A stretch of DNA of 64,000 nucleotides from the NCBI GenBank assembly GCA_036338595.1, contig JAYZBV010000065.1, positions 17,502 to 81,501 on the forward strand, read 5' to 3'. Positions within the stretch are counted from its first letter, which is position 1. Each line of letters opens with the position of its first letter. The DNA is from Planctomycetota bacterium (GTDB lineage Bacteria; Planctomycetota; UBA8108; UBA1146). Under the pieces are notes generated by a model. The model saw only the letters and a list, made by a program, of their open reading frames with translations. It had not been told where the DNA came from and ran no database searches. Made by a program: the position numbers and the translations under genes. Of the stretch, positions 10,535-19,345 are shown in pieces.

Positions 10535-11037
10535 CGCTGGCTCTCCAGGTTTTGCATCTGATCTCGAATCGCCGCAGCCTTTTCATATTGTTCGTCGGAG
10601 ACCGCCTTGGAAAGATCTTCACGCAGTTGAGTCAATCGCGCCTGGCGAGAAACCTGTTCCCTGAATCTACCTGGAGATCTTCCTAGATGCTGACTCGACG
10701 CATGGATCTTTTCCAGCAACTCATCGAGCTCGCTTCGGAAACACTGGTAGTCGTGAGAGCAACCGAACTTTCCTTCCTTGCGGAAGAGTGAGTAACTCAT
10801 CCCGCACTGTGTACACACCTTGTCCGCCGTGTCTCCACCATCAGCCCCCGTCAATGTGTCCGGATCGGAATAGAAATCAGGAAGAGTGAACTGCTTTTGC
10901 TTCTTCAACTGTGCCTGAATCGAGACGCCATGAATCCCGGCGCACTCCTTGCACAGGCGATACTCCTTCTTGGTGTTATTGACGATGTCGGTCAGGTGCA
11001 CGACAGCCTTGTTTTTCTGACAGTTCTCACAGAGCAT
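10531..11037 (-). CDS. mcsA: McsB activator McsA (CxxC motifs plus UVR domain)
   Basis: MLCENC, CKEC, CTQC, GCSHDY, C-terminal AV--EQYEKAAAIRD. Confidence 0.92.
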   Translation of the reverse strand: MLCENCQKNKAVVHLTDIVNNTKKEYRLCKECAGIHGVSIQAQLKKQKQFTLPDFYSDPDTLTGADGGDTADKVCTQCGMSYSLFRKEGKFGCSHDYQCFRSELDELLEKIHASSQHLGRSPGRFREQVSRQARLTQLREDLSKAVSDEQYEKAAAIRDQMQNLESQR

Positions 11038-11479
11038 TGTCGGCTCGGCTCCTTCCCCGGAAAAAATTGGCAGGGACCATCCCCCTGTTCCTATCATCGA
11101 CAGTTCCGCAGCCTCGCTCCACCCCTCTTGAGATAGAATATATGCGAGTCGCACACGTCATCGTCCCCCCTGGCCGGTCTCACGGGACTCTTCATCCAGG
11201 AACACCTGCTGACCCTGGTCCGGGAAATCGGTCTGGCTCAGCGCCGACCGAGTTCCACTGGACCCTGCATCCAGACAACGCCAGTAGCGCGATTCTGGAT
11301 CCCTCATCGAGCAGGAGTCATCCTCCAGATGCGCCATATGGTCTCGAAGAGGCGAATCCAGCACCCCCAGGCTATTCTCCTGCGGCTGGAGGAGGCTCAA
11401 TTCCCGATGAGTTTCCGTTCCAGGGTTCCAACCTCTTTGAGAGCCAGCAGTTCCAACTTTCATCACGATTCCGGACCAG

Positions 11480-11508
11480 TTGACAGTGCCGGGCAGTTAT
11501 CCTAGGAT
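11480..11508 (+). promoter_or_regulatory. Sigma70-type promoter for the nusA operon leader
   Basis: TTGACA-N17-TAGGAT. Confidence 0.65.
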
Positions 11509-11514
11509 TCTTGC

Positions 11515-11905
11515 TTCCGTCCCGGATCACCGGGGAGGAGCACGGATCCGGCATCCTGCGGGTTCTCGCCCCTTCCCCTACGGGGCAACAGCGGCAACTC
11601 CAAATTCCTGGTCCTCGGACCAGGAGCGGGCCTTGTTCGGCCCAGGTGGAGGGTCGTGCCGATGCCTGCACTCACGCTGGCTCGTGCCGGCCCCATCCCA
11701 TCGCCGAACTTCTCCCGCGAGAAACTGCTGTGCCGCGTTCTGATGGGATCTGTTCGGATCCGACCTGGAGCGGTCTGTGACGACCAGCACGCTGGTCTGT
11801 CCGTACCCTGAAACCGGTACGGAGGTGCGATGAGCATGCCCGGATCTCGACCAGAGAGGTTTGAGCCTGTTCGCCTGGTGCCTCGATCCGGTGAACTGAG
11901 TCCTG
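11515..11905 (+). ncRNA. Candidate structured 5' leader / ncRNA upstream of nusA
   Basis: At least 8 inverted-repeat stems in about 400 nt with no convincing ORF (see findings). Confidence 0.4.
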
Positions 11906-11917
11906 GAGAAGGAGTTG

Positions 11918-13417
11918 ATGGTGAGTGAAGAAATCCTGCGCTTCGTTGACACGATTCATCGTGATCGACAAGTCGACAAAGAGGTGATCTTCACGGGCAT
12001 CGAGATGGCTCTTGTTTCCGCTGCCCAGAAACGCTTCGACCAGGAAGAAGGTATCGAGGTCCTCATAGATCGAGAAACAGGAGTCATCTCCGCGGTAAGA
12101 GACGGAGATGGGTTCGATCCTCGTGAGGCTCTTGGGCGCATTGCAGCGGGTGCTGGCAAGCAGGTTCTATTCCAGAAAATCCGTGAAGCAGAGCGTGAAG
12201 TCATCTTTCGCGAGTTCGCTGACCGTGTTGGCGAGATGATCAATGGTACCGTTGCCAGCCGCAAGGGCGGGGGCCTCGTCATCACATTGACCAATCGTGC
12301 AGAGGGATTCATGCCCAGGAGTGAGCAATCTCACCTCGAAGAATGGAACGAGGGAGATCGCATCAAGGTGGTTCTCAAGGAAGTGAACATGCAGCAGACA
12401 CGCGTTCAGTTGCTGGTATCTCGAGCAGCTCCTGACCTCGTGCGCAGACTCTTCGAACAGGAAATCCCTGAGGTCGCGGATTTTGTCGTCGAAATCAAGG
12501 CCATAGCTCGAGAAGCTGGAAACAGGACCAAGATCGCAGTGGCGACTCTCGACTCCAACGTCGATTGTGTCGGTGCTTGCATCGGCATCAAGGGCTCCAG
12601 AATCCGAAATGTCACCGATGAACTCAACGGCGAAAAGATCGATGTCGTTCGCTGGAATGACTCCGTCGAGGTGCTGATTCCAGAGGCTCTCAAGCCAGCC
12701 GAGATCGCATCCATCGAACTCGATTACGAAACCAAGTGCGCCAACGTCTATGTGACAGAGGATCAACAATCTCTCGCCATCGGTCGCAGAGGTCAAAACG
12801 TACGCCTCGCATCGAAGTTGTCCGAGTGGGAGCTGAACATCTGCGCCATCACAGAAGAAGCTCTGGCACGTCTACGCATCGAGGGAGCAGAGTCTCGAGC
12901 GGAGGAGATGTTCGGAGAGCGTCTCGCTCGTGTTGCAGGAGGCGATGGAGATGAACTGGTCGCGAATCCACTCGATCAGATCTTCGATGACCGTGAACCC
13001 TCAGCAGAAGAAATCGCTGCGGAGTACGGTGAGGGCGCAGTGGTCATGGGTCTGGAAGATCTTCCCGGTGTTACCGAAGAGATCGCGGATCGCCTGGTCG
13101 ACTTGCAATACGACAGCACCGATGCGCTTCTCGAGGCAGGGATCGAGGGTCTTTCGCAGGTCGAAGGACTCGACACCCCTTCCGCCACCCTCATCATCGA
13201 GAAGATTCAGGAAATCATGGACAGCGTGGACGACGAGGAATTCGCTGCTGAAGACGCCAGCGTAGAGGTTGTCGAGGCTGAGGAAGTGGCAGCGGATGAA
13301 GCGGTTGTCGAGGCTGAGGTAGCCGAGACAGACGCAGTAGAGACAGACGCAGTAAAGACAGACGCAGTAGAGACAGGCGACCATGAAGTTGACGATACAA
13401 AGAAGGAAGTAGAGTAG
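11918..13417 (+). CDS. nusA: Transcription termination/antitermination factor NusA
   Basis: N-domain, S1, KH (AREAGNRTKIAV, GACIGIKGSRI, SLAIGRRGQNVRLASKL), HhH-like C-terminal module and acidic tail; AAGGAG RBS. Confidence 0.96.
   Translation: MVSEEILRFVDTIHRDRQVDKEVIFTGIEMALVSAAQKRFDQEEGIEVLIDRETGVISAVRDGDGFDPREALGRIAAGAGKQVLFQKIREAEREVIFREFADRVGEMINGTVASRKGGGLVITLTNRAEGFMPRSEQSHLEEWNEGDRIKVVLKEVNMQQTRVQLLVSRAAPDLVRRLFEQEIPEVADFVVEIKAIAREAGNRTKIAVATLDSNVDCVGACIGIKGSRIRNVTDELNGEKIDVVRWNDSVEVLIPEALKPAEIASIELDYETKCANVYVTEDQQSLAIGRRGQNVRLASKLSEWELNICAITEEALARLRIEGAESRAEEMFGERLARVAGGDGDELVANPLDQIFDDREPSAEEIAAEYGEGAVVMGLEDLPGVTEEIADRLVDLQYDSTDALLEAGIEGLSQVEGLDTPSATLIIEKIQEIMDSVDDEEFAAEDASVEVVEAEEVAADEAVVEAEVAETDAVETDAVKTDAVETGDHEVDDTKKEVE
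13325..13376 (+). repeat. 15-bp tandem repeat (ETDAV x3.5) in nusA tail
   Basis: gagacagacgcagta repeated. Confidence 0.85.
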
Positions 13418-13477
13418 GTCTGACTCCATGTAGGGAGTGACCCACTTCACTGGGAAACTAAACAGGAGGCTGTTGCA

Positions 13478-16300
13478 TTGGGTGTGAGAATACACACGCT
13501 GGCGAAGGAACTTGGACTCAAGAGCAAGGACCTCATCGAACTGCTCGCCGCTCGCGGCATCCAGGTCAAAAACCACATGTCCTCGGTCGACGATGGCATG
13601 GCGGCCCAACTTCGAATTACTAACATGCCGGACGAAGAACCGGAAGAAGTTGAAGTCGCCCAGGAGCCTGAACCAGAACCGCAGCCTGAACCAGAACCGC
13701 AGCCTGAACCAGAACCACAGCCTGAACCAGAACCTCAGGATCCGGTAGCCGAAGAAACGAAGGCGGATGAGACATCCGTTGTTGCGGATGCTCCTGAAGC
13801 TTCCGTGGATATCGAGGATCCTACACCGGTTGCTGAAACGCCTGCCGAAGAGACGACGCCTGCGGCTGAAATCTCCGATGTGGATAGCGTCACGGATGCA
13901 GACGAACCGGTTGCCAGCGAAGAGGCAGCCGAAGTCGAGAAGGCTCAATCTCAGGTAAAGAAACTGACAGAAGCGAACCTGGAAAAAATCTCCCCCACTC
14001 GCAAGAAGCCGACCACGATCGTCATGGCTCCCGGCTTTGGCGGCACGCCAAAGGTCCCCGAGACGCCAGTAGCACCTGTGGCCAGACCGCTCCCTTCCGG
14101 CAACTCGCCTTCGGCGAAACCGTCCAGAGGGCGACCGCTGATCATTCGCTCCAAAGCCCCTTCACGCCCCGCACCACCCGCTCGACCCGCAAGAAGAGGC
14201 TCACCAGCTCCTGGAGGTTCCTCGGCACCAGCAGCGAGAAGAGGTGGTGGTGGGTTCTCCGGCGGACCGGGCGGTGGACGTCCTCCCGGGCGCGGATCGT
14301 CACCTGGAGCCCCCGGTGGAGGAACGCCGCAGGGCGGCAAGAAGGTGATGGTTTTCCCCGGTGCCGATACCACCGGTGGGCCGCCACGTAGATCGGGCCC
14401 TCCAGGTCGAGGTGGCCCCGGCGGCAAGGGCAGAGGACGCCAAGGAGGAAGGCCACGCCGTCAGGAATCGGACTTCACCAGACGACGCCTCGAGCAGGAG
14501 ATCATCCCGGATGACCTCCCGGAAACGATCACTCTTGAAGAACCTGCCAGCATCAAGGACCTCTCCCTGGCTCTCGGAATCAAGCAAACCGCGCTGCTCA
14601 AGAAACTGATGAACCATGGCATGCTCGCAAATGTCAATTCCCCTCTCAACGAGGAGATCACTGACGTCCTTTCCGTCGAGATCAATTGCGAAATCATCCT
14701 CGAAGCTCCGAAGGCGATGCACTCCTCTCTCGAAGAACTCGATCAGATCGAAGATTCAGATTCAGATCTGATCCTACGCGCACCTGTTGTGACTCTGATG
14801 GGGCACGTGGACCATGGAAAAACAACATTGCTGGACAAGATCCGCGAGAGTGCCATAACAAAATCCGAAGCCGGTGGCATCACCCAGCACATGAGTGCTT
14901 ACAGGGTCGATAAGGGAGACGCCCATGTTGTATTCGTGGACACTCCTGGACACCGCGCCTTCACCAGCATGAGGGCCAGAGGTGCGAATGTCACCGATGT
15001 CGTGGTTCTGGTCGTGGCTGCAGATGACGGCCCGATGCCGCAGACAGAAGAAGCCATCGAGCACGCCAAGGCTGCAGGTGTTCCCATCGTCGTGGCGATC
15101 AACAAGATCGACCGCGAAGGAGCCAGTATCGACAAGGTCAAGGCCAAGCTTGCGGAACTGGATCTTTCCCCCGTCGAATGGGGAGGCTCTACCGAAATGA
15201 TTCCGGTATCCGGTATCACGGGCGAGGGTGTCGACCAGTTACTCGAGCAACTCTCTCTCGAATCCGAGATTCTTGAACTGAAGGCGAACCCTAACAAGAA
15301 TGCCATCGGCACTGTACTGGATTCCCGTGCATCGACCGGTCAGGGCAATGTGATCACCGCTCTGATCCAGGATGGCACCCTGCGTCGAGGCGATACCGTG
15401 GTCTGTGGCCCAGCACACGGCAAGATCAAGACACTCAAATCTACAGCAGGTGAAAACCTCGATGCGGCTCCTCCTGCGACACCGGTGGAGATCACTGGTC
15501 TCAACGATCTGCCTGAAGCGGGCGATCGACTGTATGCCCTCGAAGATGCAGCAAAAGCGCGGAAGATCGCAGAGGAACGCCAGGAAGCGAAGGCCAAGGC
15601 GGATCGGGCAGAACGCCAGAAGGTCACCCTCGAGGGTCTGTTCGACAAGATCGATGAGGCGAAGACGCGCGAAATCAAGGTCGTGCTCAAGTCCGACGTG
15701 AAGGGAACCCTGGATGTTCTCAAGTCGGAACTCTCGTCGATGCGCACCTCGGAGGTGGCCATCCGGGTGATCCGCGCAGGAGTGGGAGAGATCTCGGAAT
15801 CTGACATTCTTCTGGCCGACGCATCGAAGGCGATCGTCATCGGGTTCCATGTTTCCGCATCCGACAAGGCGAGATCGGAAGCGGATGCACAAGGTGTCGA
15901 GATCCGTACATATACTGTGATCTACGAGATTATCGATGACCTGAGGACCGCGCTCGAAGGGATGCTGTCTCCAGATATCGCCGAAGAGGTACAAGGGACG
16001 GTCGAGATCCAGGCGATCTTCAAATCCACAAAACTCGGTAACATTGCGGGCTGCATCGGTCGCAGTGGCGTCATGACGAGAGACGACAAGGTGCGCCTGA
16101 TTCGTGATGGAGTCATGGTCCACGAAGGCAGCCTCGCTTCCCTACGCAGGGAAAAAGACGATGTAAAAGAAATCCGCGAGGGCTTCGAGTGTGGAGTGGT
16201 GATAGATGGCTATAGCGATATCGCAGTAGGCGATGTCATCGAGAGCATCAAAGTCATCAAGACCAGTCGAAAACTCGACGAGTCGGAAGCGCGTTCGTGA
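13478..16300 (+). CDS. infB: Translation initiation factor IF-2
   Basis: RIHTLAKELG N-terminus, GHVDHGKTTLLD, DTPGH, NKID, C-terminal GFECG. Confidence 0.97.
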   Translation: MGVRIHTLAKELGLKSKDLIELLAARGIQVKNHMSSVDDGMAAQLRITNMPDEEPEEVEVAQEPEPEPQPEPEPQPEPEPQPEPEPQDPVAEETKADETSVVADAPEASVDIEDPTPVAETPAEETTPAAEISDVDSVTDADEPVASEEAAEVEKAQSQVKKLTEANLEKISPTRKKPTTIVMAPGFGGTPKVPETPVAPVARPLPSGNSPSAKPSRGRPLIIRSKAPSRPAPPARPARRGSPAPGGSSAPAARRGGGGFSGGPGGGRPPGRGSSPGAPGGGTPQGGKKVMVFPGADTTGGPPRRSGPPGRGGPGGKGRGRQGGRPRRQESDFTRRRLEQEIIPDDLPETITLEEPASIKDLSLALGIKQTALLKKLMNHGMLANVNSPLNEEITDVLSVEINCEIILEAPKAMHSSLEELDQIEDSDSDLILRAPVVTLMGHVDHGKTTLLDKIRESAITKSEAGGITQHMSAYRVDKGDAHVVFVDTPGHRAFTSMRARGANVTDVVVLVVAADDGPMPQTEEAIEHAKAAGVPIVVAINKIDREGASIDKVKAKLAELDLSPVEWGGSTEMIPVSGITGEGVDQLLEQLSLESEILELKANPNKNAIGTVLDSRASTGQGNVITALIQDGTLRRGDTVVCGPAHGKIKTLKSTAGENLDAAPPATPVEITGLNDLPEAGDRLYALEDAAKARKIAEERQEAKAKADRAERQKVTLEGLFDKIDEAKTREIKVVLKSDVKGTLDVLKSELSSMRTSEVAIRVIRAGVGEISESDILLADASKAIVIGFHVSASDKARSEADAQGVEIRTYTVIYEIIDDLRTALEGMLSPDIAEEVQGTVEIQAIFKSTKLGNIAGCIGRSGVMTRDDKVRLIRDGVMVHEGSLASLRREKDDVKEIREGFECGVVIDGYSDIAVGDVIESIKVIKTSRKLDESEARS
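13665..13737 (+). repeat. 18-bp tandem repeat (QPEPEP x4) in infB N-terminal linker
   Basis: agcctgaaccagaacc(g/a/t)c repeated four times. Confidence 0.85.
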
Positions 16301-16305
16301 TCTAG

Positions 16306-16734
16306 ATGAAACCGATTCGCCTTGCTCGCATCGCCAGCCAGTTGCGTGAAGAAATTTCTCGAATCATCCAGTTCGATCTCAAGGACCCGAGGATTGGATC
16401 ACTCACGGTACTGGCAGTCCAGCCGACCGAGGACCTCAAGGAGTGCAAGGTCTTCGTGTCCATCCTGGGTGATGAGGCGAATCAGCGCACTTCTCTCAGA
16501 GGGCTTGAGGCTGCACGCGGCAAGATCCAGTCGCTCCTCAGCACCCAGATCCAGCTGAGGGAAACGCCAATTCTACGCTTCGAACTGGACGAAAGTCAGC
16601 AGCGGACACAGGCCATCGAAGAGATCATTCGCGCCGCCAGGGAAGAGGATGAACTCGCGGCTCTGGAACGTGAAAAACGGGGTACACCCGCCGAGACCGG
16701 GCCAGACCCGGACGAGGACCTGGCAACGAGTTAG
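16306..16734 (+). CDS. rbfA: Ribosome-binding factor A
   Basis: LKDPRIG, DLKECKVFVS, LRETPILRFELDES; follows infB. Confidence 0.93.
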   Translation: MKPIRLARIASQLREEISRIIQFDLKDPRIGSLTVLAVQPTEDLKECKVFVSILGDEANQRTSLRGLEAARGKIQSLLSTQIQLRETPILRFELDESQQRTQAIEEIIRAAREEDELAALEREKRGTPAETGPDPDEDLATS

Positions 16735-18155
16735 TGTCGCTCTCTGCCCTCGTAGTTTCCCTGCTCTACAACTACCAGTCGATCCCGACCCGCTCTCTTG
16801 GCCTGATACAGTGCGGTATCCGCCTCATCGAGAAGTTCGTCTGCAGAGATCCCATCACGCAATACCGTGACTCCAACAGATAGCGACAGGTTCGATGCTT
16901 CGCGCGCACGGCCACCGAGAAACTCATACTTCCGGAACTGGTCGATAAGAGCTCGTCCCTTTTGCTCCATATCTCTCAGATGGGAACCTGGCATCAGAAT
17001 CACGAACTCATCTCCTCCGTATCGACAGACATGATCACTTTCTCGAAAAAACTCGACCAGCAGTGCAGAGATCTCTTTCAGCAACTCGTCGCCAACCATG
17101 TGGCCGAGAACATCGTTGATACCCTTGAAACCATCGAGGTCTGCAAACAGTAGCCCCAGCTCTCCGCCTTCGCGCCGGGCCCTGTGGACCTCTTTCTCCA
17201 GTTGAGATCCGAGGTATAGACGATTCGCAATCCCTGTCAGTGGATCCAGCAATGCTTGCTTCTCCAGCTGGTCATGTAATCGCAAGTTTTGAAGCGTCAG
17301 TGCGAGGATTTCCCCGATGGTACCAAGCACCTCTTCGTGCCAGTCCTTGAGAAGTGGAGCCTCTTCGAGCAGTTTCACTTCTCTCTGGTCTATTGTCAGT
17401 TCCAACATGCCGCAGGGGGATTCACTCCCTACAGCCAACGGAAGCCTGCGGAACCCTGGATCATCCTTCTCGGCGATACGGGATCGATTCATCAGGTCCG
17501 GATCGCTACACCAGGCGATCTGCTTCTCTCCATCCTTGTAACTCCACAGGCGCACATTTCTGTAACCAAGTCCCTCGGAGCAAAGTAGAGTTCCTGCCCT
17601 ACAGAAGAAATCAACCTCGTCTCGAACGCCGATCAACAGCGTTGACAACCTGGGTGCCGTGCGTATCTTCTCTGTCAGTTGAAAGATCCTGAGAGATGTT
17701 CGGACAGCATCGCAGGCACGCCGACGTTGCTCCTCCATCTCTCTTTCTAGCCCGACCCCACTCTCTTCCAAAATCCTCAGGCGATAAACCCAGCGTTCAT
17801 CTCCGCGAGGGCTCACTCGGCGTCCACCCACCACCGCAACGGGTCGCCAGTCATCACCGTGGCGAATCCTCAGCAAGATAGCATCGGGTTCGGATTCCCC
17901 ATCTCCTCCGAGCGACAGCAAACGGTGATGGTCCTCCTCGTGGAACCAACCAGTCAGCTCGCAATCTCTCAGTTCCTCTGCCTCACTGCAGGAGATCAGA
18001 TCGAGGAACGCCCTGTTGATTGCAATCACCTTGCGATGAGGCCCCCGGGCCACGATCAAGGGATCAGGAAACAGATCGAGCAGCAATCGAGACTCCCCGG
18101 GGTCAGGGGGTAATGGCCACTCACCGGGCCTTTTCGAAAGCAGAGCGCGGGACAT
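16731..18155 (-). CDS. Sensor diguanylate cyclase (PAS-like, GAF-like and GGDEF domains)
   Basis: DPLTGIANR, DLDGFKGINDVLGH--GD, RESD I-site, RYGGDEF, ADTALYQAKRAGRD; start uncertain (18155-18227). Confidence 0.9.
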   Translation of the reverse strand: MSRALLSKRPGEWPLPPDPGESRLLLDLFPDPLIVARGPHRKVIAINRAFLDLISCSEAEELRDCELTGWFHEEDHHRLLSLGGDGESEPDAILLRIRHGDDWRPVAVVGGRRVSPRGDERWVYRLRILEESGVGLEREMEEQRRRACDAVRTSLRIFQLTEKIRTAPRLSTLLIGVRDEVDFFCRAGTLLCSEGLGYRNVRLWSYKDGEKQIAWCSDPDLMNRSRIAEKDDPGFRRLPLAVGSESPCGMLELTIDQREVKLLEEAPLLKDWHEEVLGTIGEILALTLQNLRLHDQLEKQALLDPLTGIANRLYLGSQLEKEVHRARREGGELGLLFADLDGFKGINDVLGHMVGDELLKEISALLVEFFRESDHVCRYGGDEFVILMPGSHLRDMEQKGRALIDQFRKYEFLGGRAREASNLSLSVGVTVLRDGISADELLDEADTALYQAKRAGRDRLVVVEQGNYEGRERH

Positions 18156-18277
18156 ACAGACCAACTTCCAGAATTCCTGTGTGCAGGCTCGAAGAGGTCC
18201 CGCAGATAAGAATAACATGGAGTCCACGAACGGACCCGCCGGGTGGCATGATCGGCGGTGCTCTGATACCGTTTCTC

Positions 18278-19141
18278 ATGGCTTCAGCGGCGCTTAGGGA
18301 GGATCAGATCTTGCTCGAGGTATTGCAGGAAGCTGTCCAGATACTGGAGACTGGCCAGAGGGCAGCCATCGCCACCATTGTTTCCACGACCGGATCGACC
18401 CCCGGAAAAGATGGTGCCAAGATGCTGGTCCGCGAGGATGGGTCCGCGGTCGGTACCGTGGGAGGAGGCTGCACGGAGTCAGATATCTGGCGGCTGTGCA
18501 TGGAAGTGATTTCGAACGGAATACCGAGGCGAGAGTCCTTTCGGCTCACAGCAGCCACGGTTGCGGAGACTGGTCTACTTTGCGGAGGAGAGTTTGAAGT
18601 GTACATCGAGCCGATAGGATCCCCATGGGTGATCATTCTCGGAGGAGGCCACATCGCTGGTGCCCTGTGCGAGGTACTGGCCACATTGCAATGGCGAATC
18701 ACCGTGATCGATGATCGGGCAGATTTCGCCGACCCGAAGAGGTTCCCTGCTGCCAGTGAGGTACATTGCCGACCATTCGAATCGTGCACCGACGGGCTGA
18801 ATCTCTCCCCGAATGCCTGCGTCGTCATCGCCACTCGAGGTCACCAGCACGATGAGCTCGCACTCTCCAAGGCTCTGGATAGTTCAGCCGGATATATTGG
18901 ACTGATCGGTAGCCGCGGAAAGATCGGCGCCATCCTCAAGAATCTCCGCTCCAGGGGAGCGGAAGCGAGCATCACCGAGCGAGTGAGGGCTCCGATTGGC
19001 ATTCCCATCGGGTCTCGCTCCCCGGAAGAAATCGCCATCTCCATCGCCGCCGAGTTGATCTGTTACCACCGGAAACCGGAGACCCGAGGGACCCACGGAA
19101 CTGCTGCAGCCAACCTGCCGGCCCGGGAAACCCAGGATTGA
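18278..19141 (+). CDS. XdhC/CoxI family molybdoenzyme maturation factor
   Basis: GSTPGKDGAKM, GTVGGGC-E, CGG, GGGHIA, DDR, TRGHQHD, YIGLIGSRGK, APIG-PIG--SPEEIAISI-AE. Confidence 0.9.
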   Translation: MASAALREDQILLEVLQEAVQILETGQRAAIATIVSTTGSTPGKDGAKMLVREDGSAVGTVGGGCTESDIWRLCMEVISNGIPRRESFRLTAATVAETGLLCGGEFEVYIEPIGSPWVIILGGGHIAGALCEVLATLQWRITVIDDRADFADPKRFPAASEVHCRPFESCTDGLNLSPNACVVIATRGHQHDELALSKALDSSAGYIGLIGSRGKIGAILKNLRSRGAEASITERVRAPIGIPIGSRSPEEIAISIAAELICYHRKPETRGTHGTAAANLPARETQD

Positions 19142-19345
19142 GGGCTGACGCGCGTTGCCCCCCTCCAATCCCGCAGATAGAATCCCGAGTCGTGGAAATC
19201 GTGATCCAGACTGAGCCTCAAATAATTGATCCACCCAGCCGGGTGGGCGTGCGGCCGCTCTCGATATGATCCAGTTCGCCCCGACGCTGCTGCTCGGTTC
19301 TTCAACTCGAAGCAGCGATGGGATCCGGTCCCGGAAGGAATCCTG

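Noticed and set aside
11158..11466. 102-aa ORF upstream of mcsA in the position ctsR would occupy
   Set aside because: No CtsR or HTH motifs, weak RBS and unconvincing composition; cannot be supported as a gene
13001..13948. Long antisense ORFs with FWFRLR/YCVCL repeats (also 19895-20840 and many other shadow ORFs)
   Set aside because: Reverse-complement shadows of real repeat-containing genes in high-GC DNA
18278..19141. Orphan xdhC with no molybdoenzyme nearby
   Set aside because: Stand-alone xdhC genes are common; its targets may lie outside the window
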